Source of the DNA: an uncultured Candidatus Saccharibacteria bacterium
GTDB taxonomy: Bacteria > Patescibacteriota > Minisyncoccia > Phycocordibacterales > CAZPGN01
Length of the DNA stretch: 64,000 nucleotides
NCBI GenBank assembly: GCA_964586635.1
Contig: CAZPGN010000001.1
Span: 72,932 to 136,931 of the forward strand
Reading direction: 5' to 3'
Below the pieces are notes generated by a model. It made no database searches. It was not told where the DNA came from and saw only the letters and a program-made list of their open reading frames with translations. Both the position numbers and the translations under genes were made by a program. This document shows positions 1 through 9,178 of the stretch, piece after piece; the stretch's first letter is position 1, and each line of letters opens with the position of its first letter.

Positions 1-431
1 TCGACGGCTATGCCCGTTACTTCACCATCTGCATGCGTAATGACCACATTTGCCGATTTGCGCCCAACACCCGGCAATCTGGTCAATTTTCCCATCGTGA
101 GCGGGACCTCGCCGCCATATTCGGAATTGAGTATCTTAGCCGTCTCGATGATGTGTCTTGCTTTCGTGCGATAAAAATTGACCTGTCGTATCTCTTCAGC
201 AAATAGCGACGGCTTGGTGCGTGCATAGTCATCGATAGTGCGATATTTTTTAAATAGCTTCTCTGTAACCTCATTAACTTTCTTGTCGGTCGTCTGGGCA
301 GAAAGCATGACGGCAAATAACAGTTCATGGTTATTAGAGTAATGGAGCGCGCTGTCCGGCACGGGAAAGAGTTTTTTTAGTCGCCTTAAAATCGCTCCAG
401 CTTTTTTCTTTTTCTCTTCCAAGTTAGCCAT
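1..431 (-). CDS. nth: endonuclease III (HhH-GPD base-excision glycosylase), partial; C-terminus lies beyond window start
   Basis: Minus-strand reading from ATG at 431..429 gives [60 protein letters not shown]...[40 protein letters not shown]. The [14 protein letters not shown] and [12 protein letters not shown] motifs match E. coli Nth (ELLIAVLLSAQATD, LPGVGRKTANVV). It is not in the ORF track because it exits the window. Confidence 0.8.
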   Translation of the reverse strand, partial: [143 protein letters not shown]

Positions 432-514
432 ATTGAGAACGTGCGATACTGTTTATTATATCATGTTGAAGCCTTCTATAGTTCTGTTATGCTATATATA
501 CAGAGGCATATAAT

Positions 515-973
515 ATGGCACTCCACGATTCAATACAAGAAGAGGTACGGCGCGCGATGAAAGCGGGCGACAAAGTGCGTTTGTCCGTTGTGCGCGGCAT
601 CGTCAGCGCACTTACCAATGAATTGGTATCGAAAAGACGCAAACCGAACGAAACTCTTGCGGACGATGAGGTACTGGCAGTAATCTCTCGCCTCGCACGC
701 GAACGGAAAGATTCTATACAACAATTTCGTTCTGGCAACCGAGAAGACCTAGCCGCAGACGAGGAAGCCGAACTCGTCATATTAAGAGAGTACATCCCCG
801 CCGAGATGAACGAGAGCGAGATCCGCACTGCGGTTACCTCAAAAAAGGCCGAGCTTGGCATTACCGACAAAGCAAAACTTGGTATGCTCCTTGGCGCCAT
901 CATGAAGGATTTGAGAGGGAGAGCCGATGGGGCGCTAGTCAAAAAAATCGCAGAGGAATCGTTCGGACAATGA
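515..973 (+). CDS. GatB/YqeY domain-containing protein
   Basis: 152-aa ORF with SD-like AGAGG upstream. Its composition and length match the YqeY/GatB C-terminal-domain family (…LVILREYIPAEMNESEIRTAV…KLGMLLGAIMKDLRGRADGALV). Confidence 0.7.
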   Translation: MALHDSIQEEVRRAMKAGDKVRLSVVRGIVSALTNELVSKRRKPNETLADDEVLAVISRLARERKDSIQQFRSGNREDLAADEEAELVILREYIPAEMNESEIRTAVTSKKAELGITDKAKLGMLLGAIMKDLRGRADGALVKKIAEESFGQ

Positions 974-1170
974 TAGAGAAAATCAAAGGAAAATACACCG
1001 TCATGTCCGAACACACCGGACGCGTGTTCGGCCGTTATGCCACTCTCACTGAAGCGAAGAAACGATTGCGGCAGATAGAATTTTTTAAGCACCGAAAAAA
1101 ACGTCCCCTATGGGGAGCAAATGGAGCGCTCCATGGAGTCCGCCAAGATCGCCGAGGGTCGCCATCTTGA
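970..1170 (+). CDS. small hypothetical protein (66 aa), start overlaps upstream stop (ATGA)
   Basis: ATGA start/stop overlap with the GatB/YqeY ORF suggests coupling. The last 85 nt overlap the convergent ROK kinase gene, which lowers confidence. Confidence 0.3.
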   Translation: MIEKIKGKYTVMSEHTGRVFGRYATLTEAKKRLRQIEFFKHRKKRPLWGANGALHGVRQDRRGSPS

Positions 1171-1942
1171 TGACAGGCAGTTCCGGGAAAATAGTCAATC
1201 TTCCACGAAGATACTCGGTAGTTTTATCTATCGGAATACCGTGTTCGCCAACAACCATTGAGCCGCCGAGCACGACCACATCTGGAGACCAATGTACGAT
1301 TGTGTTGGCAAGACCGATGGCGAGATGTTTCGCTTCATCGTCCCAGACATGTGGATCAGTAACTTCGGTCGCGCTCTTGCCGGTTCTGCGATACAGCGCT
1401 CGGCCGCCGAGGTATGATTCAAGCTCTCCTCCACCTCCGCACGATGGACAAAGGCCCCCGCTTGCATCAATGATCTGGTGTCCGATCTCAAATCCATAGC
1501 GATTACGATCTATCTTTCCGTCAACTATCCGCGCGCCGCCGACTCCCGTCCCAACCGATACATACGCAATAATACTAAATCCCTTTCCTGCGCCGACAAG
1601 TGCCTCTCCAAGAGCGCTCATGGCAACATCATTCTCAAGCAGAACAGAAGCTCCGAGTCGATGTTCCAATTCTTTTTTGAGCGGCATTCGGATCCAACCC
1701 GGAATGTTCGGCGCATTGACGAGCATCGTCTTTCCGGGATCAAACGGGCCTGCAACGCCACCTGCGGCAGACTGGATCGGTTCGCCTCCAGATAGTTTGT
1801 GAGCGGCATCGGCCAGTATTTCCATACCAACATTGAAATCATCCACAGGTGTGGGAAAAACAAATGGCTCCGAGAAAATCCCGTCATTGTGAACTCCCGC
1901 AATTCGCATTTTCGTGCCGCCGATATCAAAGATAATATGCAT
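1085..1942 (-). CDS. ROK family glucokinase / sugar kinase
   Basis: N-terminus MHIIFDIGGTKMRIAGV (ROK ATP-binding DxGxT motif). It also has an ExGH-like region and a CPSCGGGGELE zinc motif typical of ROK kinases. Confidence 0.75.
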   Translation of the reverse strand: MHIIFDIGGTKMRIAGVHNDGIFSEPFVFPTPVDDFNVGMEILADAAHKLSGGEPIQSAAGGVAGPFDPGKTMLVNAPNIPGWIRMPLKKELEHRLGASVLLENDVAMSALGEALVGAGKGFSIIAYVSVGTGVGGARIVDGKIDRNRYGFEIGHQIIDASGGLCPSCGGGGELESYLGGRALYRRTGKSATEVTDPHVWDDEAKHLAIGLANTIVHWSPDVVVLGGSMVVGEHGIPIDKTTEYLRGRLTIFPELPVIKMATLGDLGGLHGALHLLPIGDVFFGA

Positions 1943-1947
1943 ATTCG

Positions 1948-2922
1948 TTACGCGATCATTTTCTTAAAGTCCTCAACCATAGGAACCTGCTCTGGCTCGA
2001 CACCGTACAAAAGGGCAGTCTCGAGAGCCGCCCAATCCGCGACGAGCAAGGACTTGAAGATGCGTTCATAGATCGTGTCCCCGATGATTGGCACGACTGT
2101 TACTGCGAGCTTCCGCGCTTCGTACAATTGTTTCGTGACCTCCATTCGCTTTTTTATTCGCGGATGATCTGTCGAATCGGCAAGAAGAATGAAATGGAAC
2201 TTCTCCGACAACGGCTCCGTACTCGCGGCGCGATCAAAGCCTGTCATTTCATTGTGATTCAGCTCGGGAAATACATTGTAAAAAGCTGGTATCTTTCCGG
2301 TCTCGTTGAATTTTATTTTCCAATTGTACGCAATTGCCTCATTGTCTACAGATGCGCAGATACATGGAATTTTTCCTTCCATTGCGCGAGCGATCGCTCT
2401 CCCCGTTTCTCGGGCAGATTTTTGGTCCAATGTTTCCGTAAGCGATTCAGTCCCCAGTAAAACATCGTCAAGATCGAGTAGTTTCGCCAGAGCCCGCAGA
2501 TTAAAACCGAGCGCCGACCGCGGCTGAATTCCAGTGTCAGGCAGAGCCACGAAGGGCAAATGCTTTTTCTTCGCAATATCAATAATGCGGCCGCCAACTG
2601 CTATCACGGCAGAGGGAAGCCGTGCCTCAAGCGCTTCTTCTAGCGCGTCTGTGACTTCCTCCGTGTTGCCCGAATATGAATTGGCGATACAAAACCGTCC
2701 CTCTGCGCGTGCGCGCGGACCAATGCCATACGAGCTACGAACGATCAAATCAAGATCCGGCCGCGCTTGCTTCAGAATATCCGCGGCAAGATGAGAACCG
2801 CCCATGCCGACAATTAAGAATCTGTTGACGCCATGCGGAAGAGTATCAATGTTCTCTATACATGGTTCCCAGGCGAACTGTTTTTGGAAATTCTCTAAAG
2901 CAGACTCCATGCCGCCTTTCAT
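1948..2922 (-). CDS. bifunctional phosphoglucose/phosphomannose isomerase (SIS domain, archaeal-type PGI/PMI)
   Basis: 324 aa. LIVGMGGSHLAADIL is a SIS phosphosugar-binding motif. The single-SIS architecture and size match the PGI/PMI family. Confidence 0.65.
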   Translation of the reverse strand: MKGGMESALENFQKQFAWEPCIENIDTLPHGVNRFLIVGMGGSHLAADILKQARPDLDLIVRSSYGIGPRARAEGRFCIANSYSGNTEEVTDALEEALEARLPSAVIAVGGRIIDIAKKKHLPFVALPDTGIQPRSALGFNLRALAKLLDLDDVLLGTESLTETLDQKSARETGRAIARAMEGKIPCICASVDNEAIAYNWKIKFNETGKIPAFYNVFPELNHNEMTGFDRAASTEPLSEKFHFILLADSTDHPRIKKRMEVTKQLYEARKLAVTVVPIIGDTIYERIFKSLLVADWAALETALLYGVEPEQVPMVEDFKKMIA

Positions 2923-3028
2923 AGTACATACAGTATACCTCTTCCGAAAACAAAAACCACCCGACTGTATGATCTAATGTACTTTTGCACTCCGCTAGTA
3001 ATTGTTCGTAGTGCAGCAGATATATAAA

Positions 3029-3051
3029 ATGAAGGCTCCTGACCCCTTCAC
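3029..3051 (-). repeat. REP-like hairpin repeat copy (ATGAAGGCTCCTGACCCCTTCAc); overlaps the gnd stop codon and acts as a terminator-like hairpin plus T-run on the minus strand
   Basis: Stem GAAGG/CCTTC with 9-nt loop CTCCTGACC. The minus-strand reading GAAGGGGTCAGGAGCCTTCATTTT is followed by a T run. An identical 23-mer occurs at four more sites in the window. Confidence 0.8.
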
Positions 3052-3944
3052 CCCTGGATACTGTGCCCTCCGAACATATTCCGCAAGGCCGAAATCACCC
3101 TACCAGTGAAGCTGGGTCTCTCCGCAGATCGAAGGCGGAAATTGAAAGATTCTTCGATAACGGGAACAGGGACGCCAAGCTCCCTCGCTGTCTCAACTGT
3201 CCACTGACCCTCTCCAGTGTGAGCGACGGAGCCGGAAACACCCTCAAGTTCAACTCCGAATGATCGAAATGCGTCACCAAGCCAGCCAATGAGGCGGGAT
3301 TCAACTATGCTCCCGTGGTTGTAGACGCTCGCAACAGTGTTGAGGTCTACGCTGAAGGGTGCCCTCTTCAGAACTTCCATTCCCTCGGCAATCGCTTGCA
3401 TCATCCCATATTCGATACCGTTGTGAACCATCTTCACGAAATGCCCCGCACCCGATGGCCCCATATACCCATATCCATTTGGAAGCGCGAGGTCACGGAA
3501 CAAGTTCTCATGTCGCTCGAATACCTCGTGTGCGCCTCCAATCATCATGCATGCTCCATTCCTCGCCGCCAACACGCCGCCAGAGACACCGATATCAAGA
3601 TACTCCACCCCCTTGTCCGCCGCGTCTTTCGCGCGACGCATAGAATCCTTGAAGAAGGAGTTACCGCCGTCGATGACCATATCGCCGCCCTGAAGGAGGG
3701 GTAAGAGTTCAGAAAAAACACTACCAACGGCGGCATTTGGCACCATAACCCACACAAGACGAGGAGCGGCCAAGGAAGCGACGAGGTCGACGATATTAGC
3801 CGTGCCTTTTATGCCGACTACATTCGCAACAGCTTTCACCGATTCCGTATTCTTGTCTGTTGCCACAACTTCGTATCCCTTTTCCTGCAAACGAAGCACC
3901 ATGTTGTGTCCCATTTTCCCTAGTCCGATATAGCCGATCTGCAT
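3048..3944 (-). CDS. gnd: 6-phosphogluconate dehydrogenase (decarboxylating), short NAD(P)-binding form
   Basis: N-terminus MQIGYIGLGKMGHNMVLRL is a Rossmann GxGxxG motif. 298 aa, typical of the short Gnd/YqeC-like 6PGDH family. Confidence 0.8.
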   Translation of the reverse strand: MQIGYIGLGKMGHNMVLRLQEKGYEVVATDKNTESVKAVANVVGIKGTANIVDLVASLAAPRLVWVMVPNAAVGSVFSELLPLLQGGDMVIDGGNSFFKDSMRRAKDAADKGVEYLDIGVSGGVLAARNGACMMIGGAHEVFERHENLFRDLALPNGYGYMGPSGAGHFVKMVHNGIEYGMMQAIAEGMEVLKRAPFSVDLNTVASVYNHGSIVESRLIGWLGDAFRSFGVELEGVSGSVAHTGEGQWTVETARELGVPVPVIEESFNFRLRSAERPSFTGRVISALRNMFGGHSIQG

Positions 3945-4003
3945 TGTGTTCTCCTTTCAATTATCTAATAACCTCGTCAATTCAATCATGCGTCCAAAAA
4001 AAA

Positions 4004-5446
4004 TCAAGCCGCATGGTTTTGGCACGACAACCCTTGACTGCCGACTCGATAGGACTCGAGGGGGTGCGACCGCCACGCATCCAGTATGGGTGTTATGAAT
4101 TCCCATTCGGCAAGTATTTCCTCGGTGCTGGCGAAAAGTGTTTGGTCTCCTCTTATGCAGTCATAGAGCACTCGTTCATATGCATCCGGCGGCTCCGAGA
4201 ACTTTCCTCCGTGAACATTATACGAAAACGAGAGCGTCTTCGGCTCCAACTCAAGGTCAAAGCCGGGAACCTTTGCCCAAAATCGCACGCTAATGCCTTC
4301 GTCTGGTTGGATACGGAAAGCAAGCACATTACGATGATGATGTTCTGCGCCCATTGTGTTCGGACACAAACACGATTGCGTTTCTTTGAAGTGTATCGAT
4401 ATTTCTACCTTGTCTTCCGCAAGTTTTTTTCCTGAATGGAGGTAGAATGGCACGCCTTTCCATCGCGGGGAATCAATGTGCGCCATCAAACAGAAATATG
4501 TCTCGGTTTGCGAATCGGCCGCAACATTCGCCTCGGTGCGATAACCTTCGTACTGCCCGCGGCGCATATGCATCGCGCCGCCATTGCCGCTTACTCGCCG
4601 CAGCTTCTTAAATACTGCGGCGCGCGCGAACCGGATGGCATCTGCTGTAACAGCTCCAGGGTGTTCCATCGCGACAAGCGCAAGCATCTGAAGCAAGTGG
4701 TTCTGCCCTATATCGCGGAGCGCGCCCACGCCGTCATAAAGCGCACCGCGCGCGCCAACCCCTCCAGCTTCATGGAGTGATATCTCCACGCGCTCGATAT
4801 GGTCATTATTCCACATCGGCTCAAAAAGCGAGTTCGAGAATCTGAACATGAGGACATTCTGAAGCGCTTCCTTGGCAAGATAGTGGTCAATGCGAAAGAT
4901 CTGCTCTTCGCGAAATAGCGCACCGAGCTTCGCATCAAGCGAACGCGCAGTTTCCAAATCCTTCCCGAATGGTTTTTCAACCAGCACGCGCGTCCAGACA
5001 CCCTCCCCGCCACACAAATTCGAAATGCTCGACGATGCGATATTCTCGAAAATCTTCGAGTAGTGTTCGGGTGGAACCGCGAGATAGATAAGCTTGTTCG
5101 CACACAGTCCGAGATTGGAATCAAGAGCACTCAAATGCTCCTTTAACAGTGTATAATCAGAAACTTTGTCGAAAAGACCTGACTGATATGAAACCCTCTG
5201 CAGGAATTCATCGATGAGCGCGTCCGGGTGAACCCGCGTATTCTTCTCGATCGCTGTGCGTAAAAAATCTCTGAACGCGTCGTCGGTGAAGGATCTGCGT
5301 GCAAATCCCACGACGCGAAAAACATCGGGTAAATATCCTTTGGCGAAGAGATCGAGCAGTGCAGGGATTAACTTCTTTTGCGAGAGGTCTCCCGTCGCGC
5401 CGAGAATAATTATTGTAGTTGGTATATTGAAAGATGGATGGGCCAT
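4004..5446 (-). CDS. zwf: glucose-6-phosphate 1-dehydrogenase
   Basis: IILGATGDLSQKKLIPAL is the NADP-binding GxxGDLA motif. RIDHYLAKE matches the G6PD active-site motif RIDHYLGKE. 480 aa. Confidence 0.85.
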   Translation of the reverse strand: MAHPSFNIPTTIIILGATGDLSQKKLIPALLDLFAKGYLPDVFRVVGFARRSFTDDAFRDFLRTAIEKNTRVHPDALIDEFLQRVSYQSGLFDKVSDYTLLKEHLSALDSNLGLCANKLIYLAVPPEHYSKIFENIASSSISNLCGGEGVWTRVLVEKPFGKDLETARSLDAKLGALFREEQIFRIDHYLAKEALQNVLMFRFSNSLFEPMWNNDHIERVEISLHEAGGVGARGALYDGVGALRDIGQNHLLQMLALVAMEHPGAVTADAIRFARAAVFKKLRRVSGNGGAMHMRRGQYEGYRTEANVAADSQTETYFCLMAHIDSPRWKGVPFYLHSGKKLAEDKVEISIHFKETQSCLCPNTMGAEHHHRNVLAFRIQPDEGISVRFWAKVPGFDLELEPKTLSFSYNVHGGKFSEPPDAYERVLYDCIRGDQTLFASTEEILAEWEFITPILDAWRSHPLESYRVGSQGLSCQNHAA

Positions 5447-5456
5447 GCCGCCAATT

Positions 5457-7463
5457 CTATCGACGCCGAACAGGATTGCAATCGTCGCAAATACCTATCT
5501 CTCGAATCCGATCGAGATACCCGAGCACTGTCAATACAAACTCGGCATGACTCCATGCGAGAGGGGTCGCAGACGCAGGAGACCCGTCGCCCGCATGGAC
5601 CTGCTCCGGAAAAACCCCAGACGGAAGAGCCCTATCGCAGACCCATGAGAGCAATTCCCGCACCTTTTTGAAATCGCGTTCCTTCGATGCAATGCGCGCA
5701 TAATATTGGGCAAGCCAGAGAGAAGTAATGATCCATGGATTACCTGGGACACTCCCACTGCGGCAAGCATCATCCACGCAGTAATACCGGTCGCCCGCGT
5801 ACCGCGCAATGCCCCCAACACCGCGAACACTTAGACTTCCTTCAGCATTTTGCATTGCCCGCCTCACGCGCGGGTCCTCCGGTGGCAAAACTTCAAATCG
5901 CACAATGCTTGCAATACTGCTTAGGTCAAGCGTCTGGTCTGGAATCAGGTTCCCTGCCTTATTCCACTTAACCATCTTGTAGAAATTACCTGTTTTTTCG
6001 TCATAAAGATACCGCAATAACGCTCGCCGCATCTCTTCTGCAGTATGCAGATAATTCTGTTTGCTCAATTCCTTCCCAAGCAGTGCGGCAAACTTCGCCG
6101 CGGCTATAAGCGCCCCGTAGACACAAGCGGCGGTGTAAGTATGAATGCCGAACTTCTCTTCCCAGAGGTCATAGCTTTGCTTTGGGAGACCGGTGTAGGG
6201 GTCACGATAACCCATTAGAAAATTGGCTATTTTCTTAATGAACGGATTATAGAGCCGTTCGACAAACTCGAGATCTTTTGTCAGCTCATAGTGCTTCCAC
6301 AGCGCCACAAGCACGATCGCAGTCTCATCTTCTTGTATCGGGAGAGACACCTTGCCATCCTGAAGCCACGGGTGCCATGAACTACCGAGCGATTTATCCG
6401 GACGATATTTATGCATAAAGTAACCGCCATCGGTCAAAGTTTCGGCCGCAAATTCGAAGTAGCGTCGCGCGACCGTGTTATCGCCTGCGGCATCAAGCGC
6501 CATCGCTGATATCGCCGCGTCCCGTGGCCACACATATGCATATGTGTCCTTCCCCCCTCCTTGGAACATGCTTGAGTCAGTCGATGCGATAATTCCACCA
6601 CCGTTATCGGCGTGCGCGCGAACAATGAGCATTGATTTTTTGAAAAGCGTATATACGCGATCTTCGAGCCCGTAGAGGCGGAATGGGTATCGATTAACCC
6701 ACGCTCGCCAAAAGTTGCCCGTGGTTTCCCGAAGATGTTCGGGTGTTTTTTCGAGCACATACGCATCCAATGCGCAGACATCTCTGGTGGATTTGGCTGC
6801 GATAATCCAATAATGCGCGTGCGCAGTCTTCTTCGCGGCAATGTTGAGGTGCACCGCTATTACAGAATCGGTCGGGCCATGTTCAACTAAATTGCGCGAG
6901 AGTATCCCATCCTCCGCGTCCCGAAAACTTCCTTCTTTCCCTTCTATGCCAAATACACCAGTTGTAAAATCATTGAAGCAGGCAACATCGGAAATTGCAT
7001 TCACCAGGAAAACTCGTTTGCCATTGTAATGGATGATCGCATGCACAAGCGGATCATAGTAAACTGTGTCGCCGCGATGTGATTCATATATCTCGAATTC
7101 TTGCCCAAAAAACAAGCGAACATGCCTATCCCGTCCGCTATGGTCAACGACTTCTACTGAACGCAGAAAAATATTCTCTTCATTGTAAACCGTGTCGCGG
7201 AATAGAAGAGATAGGCCGAATCCCGAATGAAATGCGCTAATGAGGCTTGCTAGAGCGTCAGGGGCGCTCTCGACGGAGATCTCCCATGACCCATCACCCA
7301 TCCACGAAAAGTTGCCTTCAACCCAAACCCCGACACGGTGAGGCAAATGACCTCCAACATGATTTTCGAGACCGACGAACGGAAAATAGAAATCTCGAAC
7401 GAGTCCTCGCGAATCGAGACCGACTGCAATATGACCATTTCCGAGAACAATGGAGCGCGGCAT
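5457..7463 (-). CDS. glycoside hydrolase family 15 (glucoamylase / glucodextranase-like)
   Basis: 668 aa. It has an N-terminal beta-sandwich region plus a C-terminal (alpha/alpha)6 barrel-like region with WPRD/WEE-type motifs (YAYVWPRDAAI, DLWEEKFGIHTYT) typical of GH15. Confidence 0.65.
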   Translation of the reverse strand: MPRSIVLGNGHIAVGLDSRGLVRDFYFPFVGLENHVGGHLPHRVGVWVEGNFSWMGDGSWEISVESAPDALASLISAFHSGFGLSLLFRDTVYNEENIFLRSVEVVDHSGRDRHVRLFFGQEFEIYESHRGDTVYYDPLVHAIIHYNGKRVFLVNAISDVACFNDFTTGVFGIEGKEGSFRDAEDGILSRNLVEHGPTDSVIAVHLNIAAKKTAHAHYWIIAAKSTRDVCALDAYVLEKTPEHLRETTGNFWRAWVNRYPFRLYGLEDRVYTLFKKSMLIVRAHADNGGGIIASTDSSMFQGGGKDTYAYVWPRDAAISAMALDAAGDNTVARRYFEFAAETLTDGGYFMHKYRPDKSLGSSWHPWLQDGKVSLPIQEDETAIVLVALWKHYELTKDLEFVERLYNPFIKKIANFLMGYRDPYTGLPKQSYDLWEEKFGIHTYTAACVYGALIAAAKFAALLGKELSKQNYLHTAEEMRRALLRYLYDEKTGNFYKMVKWNKAGNLIPDQTLDLSSIASIVRFEVLPPEDPRVRRAMQNAEGSLSVRGVGGIARYAGDRYYCVDDACRSGSVPGNPWIITSLWLAQYYARIASKERDFKKVRELLSWVCDRALPSGVFPEQVHAGDGSPASATPLAWSHAEFVLTVLGYLDRIREIGICDDCNPVRRR

Positions 7464-7493
7464 GGGATCGGCGCGGCGGTTGCGCCACTTTCG

Positions 7494-7889
7494 TTATGCG
7501 TAAGTTAGTAGTTCATCGATTATCGATACGGCATCTTCCCGGTGCATAGCGCCTGCAAGAGCAAAAGCGCCGCCGAGATCATCTAATACATCGCGCACCC
7601 AATTCGCAAAATCATTGCGACCGCTTGTATGATGCAGATACTGTTCGTCACTCATTCTCTGCATGGCATCACGCAAATCGATAAGCGTACACACCACCGG
7701 GCCGTTGTTCACCCAAAAGCAATGCACTCCGTGAGCGACTGTCCTCGCGGCATTCGGACCCGCACTTAACATCGCAGACACAGTCTCATTCTCTTTCTTT
7801 TTTTGGCGCGGTTTTGGCGGGGTGCGCAATTTTGCCGCCTTCTTCTTGACGGCAGTTTTTGTTGACGCAGACAATGTTTTTCGAACCAT
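7494..7889 (-). CDS. hypothetical protein with a lysine-rich, histone-tail-like N-terminus
   Basis: 131-aa ORF. The N-terminal 45 residues are K/A/P-rich (KKKAAKLRTPPKPRQKKK) and the C-terminal domain is globular. No family recognised. Confidence 0.4.
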   Translation of the reverse strand: MVRKTLSASTKTAVKKKAAKLRTPPKPRQKKKENETVSAMLSAGPNAARTVAHGVHCFWVNNGPVVCTLIDLRDAMQRMSDEQYLHHTSGRNDFANWVRDVLDDLGGAFALAGAMHREDAVSIIDELLTYA

Positions 7890-7925
7890 AAGTATCTCGA
7901 ACTTGATTAACTACTAATCTGACTT

Positions 7926-9176
7926 TTAGTATACCACGACAGGCGCGCTCTTGGGCACTGACATATCCCGATATTTCCCCAAGCGAATGCGCATATCATG
8001 CAGAACATTCATATATGCGATGTATGCCTCGTAGGGCGAGTCGTAGGGGTTAAAGTATTTGTGCACATCTCCATCATTCCACCACTTGGTGCACATGTAG
8101 TAGAAGTGGTCTGATGTTTGCAAGCGACGCCAGTCCGAAAGCAACCCGGCATCGCGCGATGCTCTGATGGGCGCCTCGAGTTCATACACCTGCTTCAACG
8201 CATCCTGTTGAAGTTCATTTGAACGCCATGCAGACAAGTCCCGTTCGATATCGGCCCATGATATATACTGCGGAACATCGAGCTCAGCCTCGGCCTGAAT
8301 CGTGCGCGCCACTTCCGTGGGAGTAGCGAACGAAAGACGCGGATTTCGACGCAATACTTCCGGAAGCGCGCGCATGAACTCGAAAATGCCAGTGTCTGCC
8401 CACTGATGTTCGCCAAATGTCTCGTAGTCCATAAACAGATTGATGGTCTTTGCGCCACTCGAAGCAGCCGCTCCTATCCACTCTCCGTAGCGCTCCGCTC
8501 GAAGCGGGTATTCCGACCAGTCGCGGGACGAAAATCTAAACGCAATGTCGTCAGAGAGACGATAATTCTTCAAGAGCAATGCTATCGTCTTTGCGCCGCG
8601 AGGGCGGTAAACAAAATTGGGGCTACGCCAGCCGAGGATGTGGTCAGCCCCTTCCGCAAGTATGGCGGAATACCCAAGCGATTCAGCCACATGTGCAAGT
8701 TCATTGTTGTATATCAGCTCCGTATTTCTAAATGCAGTGGGAATCACGCCAAATAATCGCCTAACCGCCTCGCGGTGCAATCGAACTTGCTCGATGAACT
8801 CTTCCCTAGAATATAGAAACGAGAGGGAATGATGATATGTCTCATCGAGTATCTCCACGCGGCCAGTACGAACTAATGCTCGAAACGACTCGAGCACTTC
8901 TTTTGAGAGTTCTTCGACTTGCTCAAGAAATACTCCCGAGAACGAAAAGCTTATCTTGAATTCCGGGTGTCGCTCGAGAAGTTCGAGGAGTACTCTGTTC
9001 GCGGGAAGGTAGCATTTCTCGGCCACCTTTTTCAAAATGCGTACATTGTTTAGATTCGTCTCCGAATCGTCGTCAAAATATGAACCGCCGCCGCCAATAT
9101 CAAACACTCGAAATCTACGGATGCGATATGGCTGGTGCACTTCGAAGTAAAAACAGATTGATGTGCTCGGCTTCAT
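7926..9176 (-). CDS. glycoside hydrolase family 57 protein (alpha-glucan branching / amylase-like)
   Basis: CFYFEVHQPYR is a GH57 N-terminal signature. The ORF is trimmed to the internal Met (MKPSTSICFYF) that abuts the stop of the upstream glycosyltransferase. Confidence 0.65.
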   Translation of the reverse strand: MKPSTSICFYFEVHQPYRIRRFRVFDIGGGGSYFDDDSETNLNNVRILKKVAEKCYLPANRVLLELLERHPEFKISFSFSGVFLEQVEELSKEVLESFRALVRTGRVEILDETYHHSLSFLYSREEFIEQVRLHREAVRRLFGVIPTAFRNTELIYNNELAHVAESLGYSAILAEGADHILGWRSPNFVYRPRGAKTIALLLKNYRLSDDIAFRFSSRDWSEYPLRAERYGEWIGAAASSGAKTINLFMDYETFGEHQWADTGIFEFMRALPEVLRRNPRLSFATPTEVARTIQAEAELDVPQYISWADIERDLSAWRSNELQQDALKQVYELEAPIRASRDAGLLSDWRRLQTSDHFYYMCTKWWNDGDVHKYFNPYDSPYEAYIAYMNVLHDMRIRLGKYRDMSVPKSAPVVVY

Positions 9177-9178
9177 TG

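Noticed and set aside
970-1170. Considered dropping the 66-aa ORF entirely
   Set aside because: It is not rejected outright because of the ATGA coupling with the upstream gene. It is kept at low confidence because of the 85-nt convergent overlap with the glucokinase gene.
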